The notes beneath the pieces are model-generated. The model had not been told where the DNA came from. It was given only the letters and a program-made list of their open reading frames with translations, and searched no databases. Both the position numbers and the translations under genes were made by a program. Shown one piece after another: positions 25,790 to 38,054 of a stretch of DNA of 64,000 bases; position 1 is the first letter of the stretch; every line of letters starts with the position of its first letter. Origin of the DNA: Dicyema japonicum (taxonomy: Eukaryota > Animalia > Dicyemida); contig RDEW01000005.1 in NCBI GenBank assembly GCA_011109175.1, positions 1,973,267 through 2,037,266 of the forward strand. The letters are read 5' to 3'.

Positions 25790-26230
25790 ATGGAAGACAG
25801 GTAGGTACCCACCCGGTCTTGATGAATATTTACAAGCCATACATCGAACCATGCTTCTCGTACGCGTGTGCTTCGTGGGGACCTTAAATAAAATTATATG
25901 TGATCGTTGGAACTTAAGACTTTTCATCAAAGATTTAATATCCTGGCTCGTAGGAGACCTTCGATGTCTTGAACAAATTCCGAGATAAATTTGGCTTGTC
26001 CATGATGTTTTTACAGATGTACGTAAACTGGATGATGTAAATGATATACTCTGTTCCTTCTACAACCTCTTCGAGTTGACAGCAAATCACCTTTTTAAAT
26101 GTCCCGATTTAGTACACTACTCGTCCACATGCCAAGACATACCGGGAGCGACCGGCATTTGCTTAGTCCTACTTAATAGCCGCTGGTCTCCTACAAGTTA
26201 ATGAGGGTTACTTAATTAACTAATAAAGTT
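25790..26230 (+). mobile_element. 3' remnant of I/Jockey-like LINE
   Basis: YKPYIEPCFSYACASW motif followed by a 3' UTR motif also seen at ~4120 and ~12060. Confidence 0.55.
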
Positions 26231-26559
26231 TCAAAATCAGGCTTAATTTGACTTAAATAAAGTTGGTTGGAAAATACTTAATAGACCTCTTATTTACTTG
26301 AGGATCAATCCCAAGTGGTCCCTAACTTTAATCTAATACCAAAAATATTATTTTTATCTCACTTTAGGTAATTGCTTTATAGACCTCTAATTTACTTGAG
26401 GATTGATCCCAAGTGGTCTGCAACTTGAGTCCAATGCCAAGAATATAATTTTTATCTCTTTTAAGGAAAATGGAAAGAATAAAATGGACCCCCACAAATT
26501 TAGTATTTTATTATATCAAATCAGTTAAAATTTTCTAGCAAAATAAGCTAGAGCCATAT

Positions 26560-26990
26560 CGAAAAACGTCATAACAAAATGCGAAAAGAAAACCAATGTT
26601 TTGAAATGCCTCACAGGCTTCTGGAAGAACGGAAAGGATGATGTTTTGAGCACCATATATAAACAATACATTGAACCATGCATCTCTTGCGCATGTGGTA
26701 TATGGGGTCCATTCATCTCTCGGACGAATGTTTTGAAGATCGAGGCTAGCCGAAAAAGAGCCTTCAAAATCACGGAACGCTTGATTTTTGGAGAGTTCCA
26801 GCTACAAATGCCTCTTGAAGCCATGATACGAATCAACCATGGAACGCGCCGTCGTGACTGCGAAGACCCAATCACTCGAACGATACATGCTTTTGTGGGG
26901 TCGAGGGAGGAGCATCGGGTCAAGATGAGGTCCCTGCTAGAGCGTGCTGGGATTGCTTGATTAGTTAGTTTGTGTAACCATGGTCTCTGG
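26560..26990 (+). mobile_element. 3' remnant of I/Jockey-like LINE
   Basis: IYKQYIEPCISCACGIW...IEASRKRAFKI post-RT motif. Confidence 0.6.
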
Positions 26991-27621
26991 TGTTATTATA
27001 ATCTATTTGGTCACGAAAAGTAGCCAAATCAATAGGACAGTTCATGTATCTCCCAGTTTGGAAGCTCCTAGAAAGTAAGTTTTCATACATTCCTCAGGTG
27101 ATTTAAATTTTCCTCATTTAGGTAAGAAAAGTTAGAGGATTTTTTCTGCAACATTCTCACTTATAATCAAGCGGTTGAAGAAATATTTCGTGTGTTGTTG
27201 CCTCTCACGATGGCTGTCGAGATCAACAAGAGGAATCACCGGGTTCCAGGATTTCATCGTTTCTGACTTGCCAGTGGTCCCAAAGAAGGGTAAAGACTTC
27301 CTACTTAATTTTCTAGTTGCCTCGACAGCAATCACACAAACGTGAACTTGATATTTCTTCTTTTTAGCCTTTTCCACTTTTTTTGGCTGATAGCTTTTAA
27401 ACACAAAGAATGAGGAAAAGGGAATCAACACTTAAAAATAACTGAAAAGAGGTGATTCAGTCAAATAGGCTCAAAATTATCGATAAATAAAAAAATTAAA
27501 ATTATCCATTAATCACATCAATCAATATCGGTCATTACAGAAATTTTTCCAGTGTGGTAGAAAAGAGATAGATCCACTTTTGATACCGACCAGACATTTG
27601 GCGTCTTCTGAGAGAAACGGA

Positions 27622-28600
27622 TTAACTGATGCCTCTTAGGAGATGAAGAAGGCAAAGAGCAAAAATGAATTTTTCTCCCAAGTAAAAAGGGTTTGGATCC
27701 TGATAAGCAAGAACCTTCATTGATTTTATTAGTGTGTTTCCCATATCTGCAACGGTAACAGAAGTAAGCTCCTCGATATGGCACCTAATGCTGCTTTCTG
27801 AGAATGATGAAGTATCATCGGTGGTAGTTGTCGAACGTGGAATGCCCATCCTAATTTCAGTCTCACGTAGATATATTGGATTGACGGGTGTTTTTTGATA
27901 ATATGTTTGAGGATCTATCTTGTTGGTACTATAATCTTGAGGAGATTGTACGTCCGCGGGCCCTGATCTCCTTGTTCATTTTTGCACGTAGATCCCGCTT
28001 GTTGTTCTTATCACCGGATAATGTGAGTAAATAATCAACGATCGAAAGACTTCCAAGTGCAGTCGATACAAATTTTGATACATTTCCCTTGATTTTAGGA
28101 TACCTTCATCCAATTCAGTTGAATGTAAACCGAGCACTGAAGATTCTAGCAGAGAAGGCGGATTCAGGCAGATTGAGTGTCGTATTCGCCCTGGTCAGGT
28201 TTGAAAGACAGAGTGACTATTATCTACCATCATATACTCGACTTACAGCGGATTGATCCAGCTTGTGTGAAGCACGGGACCTCCAACAAAGTCCCTCATA
28301 TATAGTCTAAGTCAATAATAGTGTCAGTCATAAAAATATACTCGACTTACAGCGGATTGATCCAGCTTGTGTGAAGCACGGGACCTCCAACAAAGTCCCT
28401 CATATATAGTCTAAGTCAATAATAGTGTTAGTCATAAAAAATTGTCTACCATAACTCCAAGACACAAGTGATAAAAGTTCGAGTTCTGAAAATTCATTAG
28501 CGCGTAACAGATTTAACATAAACTGATAAATCAGGCAAAACACGAGGCACCCATGACGAGTCCTGATGGACAAACTGGAACTTTTATAAAAACTAGAAAA
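27622..28600 (-). CDS. Probable multi-exon orphan gene, product unknown, containing a tandemly duplicated exon
   Basis: Several open segments bounded by GT/AG; long frame ADVQSPQDY...MGIPRSTTTTDD...; 104-bp exon+intron duplication at 28232-28439. Confidence 0.3.
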
Positions 28601-28663
28601 CAACAAACAAAATAAGTCAGAAAGGCAATTAAATGAAAACTGAAATCAATAATTATATCAAAC

Positions 28664-29073
28664 TCAACCGAAGATGTCATCTAAAATAAATAAAAGTGAA
28701 GACCAAATTCGTCACTTTCCTCTGGCTCTGATGGAGGTGGGGCTGCATTCGCTGGGGCTTTGTTAGTCTCCTCATTTTGAATCTTGTCGGCGGAAGTAGT
28801 TTGCGAAGGTCCGGTAACAGTCATGGATGGAGCAGCCACAACCCCAGAGATGATGCTCTCGATGTTAACCCTGCTAAAATATTCAGCATATTTTTCTAGA
28901 AAAAGTCAGATTGGAGTAATACTGGAAAGAAAGGCTTTGCTACTAATTGACGATGCCCTCAGTACTCTAGTGAGATTATCAGCCTATAATATAACAAAAG
29001 TCTTTACAGTTACTGGAGTATTCAAATCATTAAGGAGTAAAGCAGCGCAAGTGTAAGACCTAAGCTCTTCCAT
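28664..29073 (-). CDS. RPLP1: 60S acidic ribosomal protein P1-like (divergent)
   Basis: MEELRSYTCAALLLND matches P1 ELACIYSALILHD; also RVNIESIISG, an Ala/Pro/Glu hinge and acidic end ESDEFDDIFG*. Three introns of 24, 27 and 23 nt restore the frame. Confidence 0.65.
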
Positions 29074-31559
29074 TAAACACGTGAATTTAAATTTATTTAA
29101 TTTATTATAATTTAAATAATTTAAAATAAAATATACTAATTCATAGACTTCCATAATTTGGAAATTAATGAAAATAAAAATTAATGTACAAACTAAATTC
29201 AATTAGACGGAGAACTATGTGTTTGCTTCCTAAATTATTACAACTCTCGTCTTTCAGAAGAGTCCACGAGGAGCCATGGCCGAGGTTTAATGTGCTTCTG
29301 CAAAGAATCAGAAAATCCATTGGGATTGCTCACGCAGAGGAAATATAACTGATTGTCTATGCTCTAATAAAATAGGTTGATTATAATTTTCTGGTTTTCG
29401 ATCTATTTTACTTGGGATTCTTAAATACACCTATTTTATCTAAGAAAGTCTTCTCCCTTTGCTTTAAATTCCAGAAACTTCACTACTCTGTTATGAGGGT
29501 TCAACAAAGGAAAGATTCTTTTTCAACTTCCCAAATTTTGCACAGTTGATCTGGAATGAGTCAAAAATGGTAATTATATGAACACCAAGTGGTGATCAAA
29601 TCTCTATATTTAATCTATTAACCCCGAAATCACGAAAAGGGGGATGAGAGTTATCGATATTTAAGTGATTTTGGTGTCCATATCAGTCCTTTTCCTGCTG
29701 TAAGTTTTGGAGTCCTGGATCCATAACGGGAAGGTTTTTTTTCTCATCTAGAGCAGACGTCCAGATATAGTGTGATGTCTGGCCCGAGGGGATGGTCAGA
29801 GGACTTTACCACCTTGAGCAAGAGGAAGTCTTTGTGAAAGGGTCTTTTTAATGGGGATCGGGGAATCATACAATTTTATTTCTAGTGTTGCCCGTATTTC
29901 TTTTCGTGATGANCACCTTGAGCAAGAGGAAGTCCTTGTGAAAGGGTCTTTTTAATGGGGATCGGGGAATCATACAATTTTATTTCTAGTGTTGCCCGTA
30001 TTTCTTTTCGTGATGAGGTTAACTGTCTTTATATGTGACTTTCCTGGTGATATATTTAGGCGGTTCTTCAAGAACCAAAGACCCACCAGGTTTATATCGC
30101 ACGGACCATGTCGTCTCCTCGACTCTTCAATGTTTCCCTGCAATCACGAGATCATCTGAATAAGATAAAAGAATTGATTTTTTTGTGGTTGGAAATGGTA
30201 GGTCACTGAGGACGAAGACGTATAATATAAGAAAATGTCATGGATAATTGACATTTATAAATTACCAAGCTTATGTGCCAATAAAGAGTAATACGCATAA
30301 CATTTTGTNCATGTCGTCTCCTCGACTCTTAAATGTTTCCCTGCAATCACGAGATCATCCGAATAAGATAAAAGAATTGATTTTTTTGTGGTTGGAAATG
30401 GTAGGTCACTGAGGACGAAGACGTATAATATAAGAAAATGTCATGGATAATTGACATTTATAAATTACCAAGCTTATGTGCCAATAAAGAGTAATACGCA
30501 TAACATATTGTCTGAGGATTTTTGATGTGTTTTTAGTTTTAATTTTATGAACAACACACTGCCAATTAGGATATCCGATAACGAACTTCCTGGAATCAAC
30601 GTGCTGCATCCGAGACAATTGAGATTGGTGAGTGTGACATCAAATAATGTGGAAGAGGGTAATTAGAGAGATAAGAACTCTTTGGTGATGCTATTGGTTT
30701 TATATCGTGACCCAGATATTTGAGAGAGTTCCAAGAATGCCAAGCGCAATATTCTTTATTCCGAACACAGAATGCGTCTTTTTGTCTCTTTTTTGAGTCT
30801 TTTAGTGTAGAAGGTGAGCAGAGTTTGTTCTTTTTGAAGTCTCAGGCGTTTTAGGCAGACATGTGCCTAGAGGCTAGGCACCACCTCAACAACTAGCCTA
30901 AGAAAATCAACATGAAAGGTGTATATAATGTTTGCTTCACTGGTCCTTTGGATCTTGAAATTACTGATTGAAACTTGGCATTCCTTTCCTGTCTTGGTTC
31001 TGAGGGAGAAATTCTTGAAAATTTAGGCATTCTTAGTTTAATGTTAGACCCCCGATCTTCCCGAACTATTAAAGTAAAGAATCTATAGAACCGCGAGTTT
31101 TTTGCAGTCGACTCACTTTCCATAACAATTGAGAACGTTTTCTGTTTTAACTTTCTATCCGATTGGGAGAGGTTATTCAGTTTTGCTTTGGTAACTGTCG
31201 CTACGTTAATTTTCATGAAAAGAGGTTGTTCTCTCTTCTTTAACACAAAAACAACATCAGATCCCTTTTTGCAACTATCCAGTTTCCCTTAATCAAATAC
31301 GAGGGTCTTAAAATCGAGGATTGAACTAAGCTTTTTTTCAAGCTAAGATTTATTTCCTCAAAAAGGTGATTCGTACGAAATTATTACGGCCCATAGACAA
31401 AAAGTCATAAACAAAGTCGTTAGATGGGCTTTGGACAAANAACTATCCAGTTTCCCTTAATCAAATATGAGGGTCTTAAAATCGAGGATTGAACGAAGCT
31501 TTTTTTCAAGCTAAGATTTATTTCCTCAAAAAGGTGATTCGTACGAAATTATTACGGCC

Positions 31560-31950
31560 CATAGACAAAAAGTCATAAACAAAGCCGTTAGATGGGCTTT
31601 GGACAAACCTGGTTTCCCCTCTATGTGTAGACGAAATAGAAGACCTCTGATGGGATGACCATCTATCCATTTGTTGTTAAGAAGTCTCTGACACTTTCAG
31701 TTTGAACAACTTTCGGGGTGCTAAAAATGAGCTGCTGAAAAGGTCGAAATACCAAAAGTACGATGACTCCTCCTTCCCAGTGATGTAGCGTTTGTTCCTT
31801 TCGCTGATTAAAACTTATGGAATCTTCAGACATTCGTCCGAAGATTTCCTCAAAAGACTCGGAAATCTTGCCTCAGAGGACCTTCGTGAGTTCAAGTGGA
31901 GATTCAAGCGTACTTCCTTGACATTCCAGTGAAGGAATAGTCATGCAGGA
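31560..31950 (+). mobile_element. CRE-like retroelement 3' fragment
   Basis: VVRWAL...RPLMG...DTF...FVPF...LKRLG...REFKW motifs, with stops. Confidence 0.6.
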
Positions 31951-32054
31951 CTACTGCCCCATAACTCTGATTTTTTTACTGTAAATAAAAATTGTATAAT
32001 TGTTAGTAAAAAGGAAATAATGGACCAAAAAAGTAAATGTGCTAGTCAGAATCA

Positions 32055-32661
32055 TTAAATAGTTAAGTCAGGACGTTTGACCACACAACAGCCAATCATA
32101 ATAGCGATACAGAGACTCAATGCAAGTGAGGTGAGTCCTCCTTTAAAAAGAACCTTATTAGTGAATCCAAATCCAAAGTCCCATCCAAGATGTCTCATTC
32201 CATTCAAAGTGTGGTAAACAAGAGGAAAACAAATCGCGGTTTTCAGACAAAACAGAAAATATGGGGCGATCCAATATTCCCTGATCTTAAGAGAGTCCAC
32301 GTATTTGATGAGCGAATTAAAGTCCCCATAATATCCGATCAGACCAACAGAAGAGAGGAATACACCTTGAATACAATAACAAGGCTAACCAACATAAATG
32401 GCCAGTCCTGTGACCCTTTGAGTGATTGACGTCAAAGCAGTGATGTGAATTCTTGAAAATGGCACAATATAAGATACCCGTATGCTCCCAAATGAGGAGA
32501 CATCGGCCGTTTCAACTGCTCATTTTTTAGCCAATAATTGTGCATTTCCTGTTCCACTTGTTTTGAGAATAATCGGTTTGATGGGAAAATGGCTTTTAAA
32601 CTAACCTCTTTAACAGTGATCACCTGTTAATTTTCTTAATAATCACTGTTCTTGAAAACAT
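32055..32661 (-). CDS. SDHC: Succinate dehydrogenase cytochrome b560 subunit
   Basis: RPMSPHL, SITQRVTG and YHTLNGMRHLGWD motifs; introns 32624-32646, 32452-32477 and 32366-32389 (23-26 nt). Confidence 0.92.
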
Positions 32662-33079
32662 TAGGAGTTCCTACGATAATCTACCAAGACCAAATTATTA
32701 TTTAAATAATTATATTTATTTAAATTAATTATTATGGAAAATACGATAATTTAATATTATTAACCATTGGAAGTCCGACGAAGGCACATTATGAAGAATA
32801 ACATCGCCGCGTGGGGCCATGTAGTGCTGCGTGCTTAATTGGTTGAAGTTTTCTGTTTGTTTGTCTGTTTCTCCCATCTTTTCCTATTAGGGTGGCGTCA
32901 TGTGATCCATTTGTCTCAGGGTACGTCAAGTGCCTAGTCGAGATACTTTTTAATATAAGTTCACTCCCTCTCTTAGATTCTTCCCAATCTTTTGGAGGAA
33001 CCCATCCAGGACCTTCGGTATGGTAATCTTAGGTCGTCCACAGAAGCGAGATAACGTCGGAGGAAAAGGAGTTCTCCAA

Positions 33080-33404
33080 GGCCACTTTTTTGATTTCAAT
33101 CGAGATTGGCGAACATCTCTTCCTTTTGTTCAAGGTCCTGTTTGACAGTACATCGAATCGCATGTACATCCTGGGTCCCATTCATCTTTTGAACAAATTC
33201 ATTAAAAATCGAAGCTAGCCAATGAGCGATGGATGTCTGAAAAAGTATCCTCTCATATGCTTCTGAAATCTCTAATCCGTAAAACCGTGGAACGTGCCTG
33301 TGCAACGATGAGCATCCGGTTATACCGCCGATACGTGCTTGTGTGGGCGCGAAGGGTGAGCATCGGGACAATTTGAAGTCACTGTTGGAGTGTTTCAGGA
33401 TCAT
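33080..33404 (-). mobile_element. Possible CRE-like pre-RT region fragment
   Basis: LHRHVPR...ILFQ...WLASIFNEF resembles the region upstream of RT in CRE elements. Confidence 0.3.
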
Positions 33405-35249
33405 GTGAATAATTTTTTTGATGTTACCCTGGTATTTGTAATTTTTTCATTCATTCTTGAGCTTCCTCAGCTAAACAATGTTTATCTCAGTTGCGTGTGA
33501 TGGAAAGAGTGTAGTTTTTCTTAGTCTACCCCCGTGTAGGCCCAAGTACTCTGATTGTATAATAGCACAGACTTGACCAATATTTCTAGGCTTAGTTTTG
33601 TTTTCGTGTCAAGTCCTTTGTATATAAGCGAAGTTGTCTTCGTACTGGTGGAGCAGTGTAACGAGCGCCGGGTAAAAAAGCTGTTTTACGTTCCGGCTAA
33701 AAGTTCAACGCATCTAAGATGCTTTGGCATGACGAGTGAAGCCGTTATCAGTGAACAATAGGACTCACACCCAACAGAAGGAAAAAAGAAGTGAAGAGCC
33801 AAAGAGGCTCCATCTTGATTTGAAAATGTGATATGACAGCACGCCGGATTTGCATTTAGTATAAAGGTTTGCATTGCATTAGAGAGTCACATCTAAACGA
33901 CCTGGGGGCTTGGCTAACTTGGAATCGACTTTTTACGTCCACGGAAAAATCTTTATATACAAATTTTACCACCAACCGAAGACAAAAGGATGTGCTTTAT
34001 GGAGATATTATTCTCCCAGAGATATCCAAGTTTATGGAGATATTATTCCCCCAGAGACATCCAAGGATACTGGGATTAACCTTTGATCCCTTGGTCTTTT
34101 TTTCTCGACATATGAAGAAATTTCTGGAAAATGGCTTTCGAAAGTCGAAACTATAAATCAGCTATTGAATACAGCATTAATGTTTTTCTTTTCAGGGGTT
34201 AGATGGTTTCGCTATTCCCATAATAATTCGAGCTTATGAGTGTGGTCAGACGTCCCAGGTCCTTAAAAACAGACTTGTTATATGTCGCAGCTATCGGACG
34301 GAACGTTACCCGGTCGAGTAGCCCTTCTTTCGAGTTACTTAATTTGTCAATCTCGTATATACGTTCTAAGACTGAATCAGAAGGACCCAGCTGATGTAGC
34401 CATGAAGGACTTGTTCGCCTCTGACGCTCCCAGATTTTGTGGAAGACCAAGGACCACCTTACACCGAGAAAGATTTTAATAGTTAAAAATAATCAAATGT
34501 ATTTAGTTTCCACGTCACAGAGGCAGAATCCTTCCAATGGCACACAAGTCCATCTAGAACCACCGAAAGGGAAGAAAACGTCGAGTCCTTAAGTCGAGGG
34601 AATCCCTCTAGTTTAGAGTAAATCTTTCTTCGCACTATCCTGGCACTGGCCACCACCTGAGACAATTGGATCAGTAGAACTAAGAAAGAGTAGGACTACC
34701 TAGCCATCTAAATAGCGAATTATCTCACACTTTGACAAATTTTAACAAAATTAAAAAATTATTCATTTTCTTCCATTTTATTATAATGCAGCCCCAATTT
34801 AAGCACTGAAATAAAACAAATATCCACCAGAATTCAATAAATGGATTCTACCATGCCTATTGGAGAATTTTACATCAATTTTGTCCTTTTTTCTTTTTTG
34901 GGTCAAGTCGACTTTTTTCCTGGACGGCTTCAAATCCGAGACCAAAGCATCAGGAAGATTTTCCCGATTTTTAACAATGCTTTTTAATCTTGGACCCAAA
35001 TCGATGATATCCTCTTTAAGATCGGGACAAATTTGAGGGGTACAGTCAGTCTAAAGATTTTTAACTAAAACGTGCTTGACCATCGTCCATTCTCTGAAAT
35101 AAATTTAAATTCTTTTATATTTAAATTGATTATTTATTATTGTTAATTATTGATTGAATTTAAAAATTAAAAAATTGTGATCTCATCGATACATCTCATT
35201 GTTGTAAGCTTGACCTTCATAGTGACGTAAATTAGAATTTATTAAGGAA

Positions 35250-36530
35250 TCAAATTATAGTTTTCACTCGGAGAAACTTCTAGAAAACCTCCATATATTG
35301 CAATCCATTTGATCATTTCCAACCAGCTTTGTACTCAGATAAATCAAACTGAGTCGTTAGCTCCTTCCAAATGGTTAGATACAAGAGGATTTTCTCTTGT
35401 GAAGTCTTGACTCCATGTACTCAATAACATCAATGAAAGTCTACTTCTTATGTGATGATATGGGATTACAGAAATCTCTTGTCGCAGATTCATATTCTGC
35501 AAACTTTAAGAAATATCTCATCTTCCTCAAAAGACAGTGTAAAATCAATGCCTTTATGGGACCCAAGTAGGGGTTTACTAAGGCAATTGTATTTTCGGAA
35601 ATAATTTTATGTTCGACAATGGAATATTTTTGTGGCAAGGTAAGCTTTCTAAGATTAGAAGGATTTTTCTTAACAGTTGAATTTTTTGTACGTCGCGGAA
35701 ATCTGTATTTTCCTATCGCTTGTGCCGACCAAATCCATCCTCCAATAGTGCATCACAGGCTTCTGAAAAGAGGTGGAGAAGTAGGTTCGGCCTCTTTCAT
35801 TTTCATCACACTCCCTACCTTCGCAGACATCAATTCATTAATCGACGGAAGAGTTTTCATAATGTAATCTTCACAAGAGGATTTGGTCGGGGAGTAATCT
35901 TCACTAATGGTTTCAACGTTTCTCTCAGATCACTACGACTGAGAAGTGCGACTTGATCTTTACAATTTTTCCGAAGCAATCATCATTTGATACAGCAAAA
36001 GATTTTGAAGGTGTTTGTTTAATGAACAACGTAGATTCTCCACAGTTAAAACATTATGTAGACCAAAAGATTTAACATGATTGTCATATTCATCAAAACA
36101 TTTGGTATAAAGTCACATCTGAAGAGTTTATCGCCTCTGGTAGTCTTGAATAATACATCATGTCTTTTTTTGAATCCGTCAAGCCATCCTTTGAGGTTTT
36201 GAAAGTTTCTTTACTCGTATTGGCAGCAAACAAATATTCTTCTGTAACCCGTCAGATATTACTTCCTCGCTTTGGAAAACCTCGTGAACATGAATGTCTA
36301 AATTCTCATGGATATCTTTCATGTATTGAAACTTGATGTGTGCCACAATAATGGGTTTTTCATATTTCCATTTAAACTGCACCAAAATCAGGATGTGCTT
36401 CAATCTTGGGGTCTTTCCCAATCCAGTGTCGGAGTGCAATTTCAAAAAAGTTTGACTAATTCACGTTCATGGTTGTTTAGATTAAGACGATTGGAAAAAA
36501 ATAAGTTGGAAATCGCTTTATTTTTCTCAT
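35250..36530 (-). mobile_element. Second pogo/Tigger-like transposase remnant, interrupted by repeat C
   Basis: FKTSKGWLDGFKKRH (HTH_Tnp_Tc5), FNCGESTLF...PSKS, KPLV, RKILLIL...SNIKL and GPIKAL...MRYFL (DDE_1) motifs, with many disruptions. Confidence 0.75.
35715..35900 (+). repeat. Interspersed repeat family C (second copy)
   Basis: Similar to 20015-20210. Confidence 0.75.
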
Positions 36531-36639
36531 GAAGGTGGGACGTCTAATTTAATTAATTCATCAACCACCGATACACCTAGAAAGAAGTTGAATTAAACAG
36601 TTAGTATGTCCAGGTCCACTTCTGCATAAACACATAAGG

Positions 36640-37065
36640 AAAGGTATTTTACAAATTATATAAAAGGGGTGCATCAAGATCCTGTTACTGCTTCTATTTT
36701 GGCTACTAAGAGTTTTTACAGCAAGGTAAATACAATGAAACTTTTTTTAGGAATATTTAGTTATAAAGATTGTTCGAATTCGCAATATGACCATGCAATT
36801 TTGGTTGTAGGTTATATGATTTCAACAGGAAAAATGTANTACTAGGAGCTTTTACAGCAAGGTAAATACAATGAAACTTTTTTTAGGAATATTTAGTTAT
36901 AAAGATTGTTCGAATTCGCAATATGACCATGCAATTTTGGTTGTAGGTTATATGATTTCAACAGGAAAAATGTATTGGCTCATAAAAAATGGATGGCAAA
37001 AAAGCTGGGGAATGTCTGGCTACGTGAAATTGGAGTGCGGAATGAATAACTGCGGATTTCTGTGA
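36640..37065 (+). pseudogene. Papain-family (C1A, cathepsin L-like) protease C-terminal fragment
   Basis: YDHAILVVGY, YWLIKNGW, WGMSGYVKL and NNCG motifs. No catalytic-Cys half seen upstream (pogo remnant there). Partly duplicated across n 36839. Confidence 0.65.
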
Positions 37066-37074
37066 CAGAAACAG

Positions 37075-37310
37075 AGTCTTTCCAATGTCATACAAGTCCT
37101 TCAAGAACCAACATAAAAGTTAGAAGACGTCCATTCCTTGAAGTCGTGGAAACCCCTTCAGTGGAGTGGGGGAGAGCAAATGATCCTTTTTCCTACTACC
37201 ACTGGCAATCACATGATACCACTATATAAATAAGGAAAGAGGAGAAACATAAAAAAACAGAAATCTTCAATAAGTAACCACATGGTACAACGTTAATGTT
37301 GCCATCACAT
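37075..37310 (-). repeat. Interspersed repeat family B
   Basis: Reverse complement of 20638-20850; near-identical blocks with 59435-59665. Confidence 0.75.
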
Positions 37311-37470
37311 TTAGTTTTCCACACCTGGCCAATGTGTGTAATGTGTATGCAGTCTAGAGTATTTGATCGCATTTGTTTCATTCCTGTAAGGAAAGAAATG
37401 AGATAAATCATTGAAAATAAGATTAAATCCCACTTTATTTAACAAACAATAAAAAAGTTAATATATTTAA

Positions 37471-37955
37471 TCAACAACCTTCCTCGCCTGCCTGTTCGCC
37501 AGCCTCCTCAGACAGGTTCAATTCTGGTTGCTGAAACAACTCCGAGAGCGCCTTGTCCAATTGAACCCTCTGCCCATATGGAATCTCCGGGCTCTGCTTC
37601 CTATACTCCAGTGTCAGGCTCTCTAGGGTCCGCTTTAATACAGTGGACTGTAGATAGGCCTGGAGCTTCCTATCTACCCCCAACTGCTTCAGATAACCCT
37701 TGTGGTACTTTGTTGCAATTCCTTCCCACGTCATTACTATAGGAATAACGAGGACCTTGCAACCAAGCATCTGCCCCATCTCGTTTGCAAGAAAGTCATA
37801 CTTCCTTTTTTTCTCCACCTCAACAGTCTGCAAACGGTCTTGAGACGTGATGCCAACCTCTATGATAAGGACTTGGCCAGACTCATTATCGTGTACCACA
37901 ATGTCCGGTTTATTGGGCTTGACTAGCACCGAGGTACGGATAACATTGTCTACCT
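37471..37955 (-). mobile_element. 5'-truncated R4/NeSL-type non-LTR retroelement, RLE domain
   Basis: Open frame KPDIVVHD...IIEVGIT...EKKRKYDFLANE...IPIVMTWEG (PD-(D/E)xK nuclease) running to a stop and A-rich tail. Confidence 0.8.
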
Positions 37956-38054
37956 TAATTTGGACCTTGGTGAATCATTGAAAATAAGTAAATTTAATTA
38001 TTTTAAAATGATAATTATCAATAAATATTTAAAAATAATTTTCTTCAAATTCTC

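Noticed and set aside
26280-26460. Two diverged ~110-bp direct repeats, considered as a CRISPR-like or satellite array
   Set aside because: Only two units, no spacers, eukaryotic context; an ordinary local duplication
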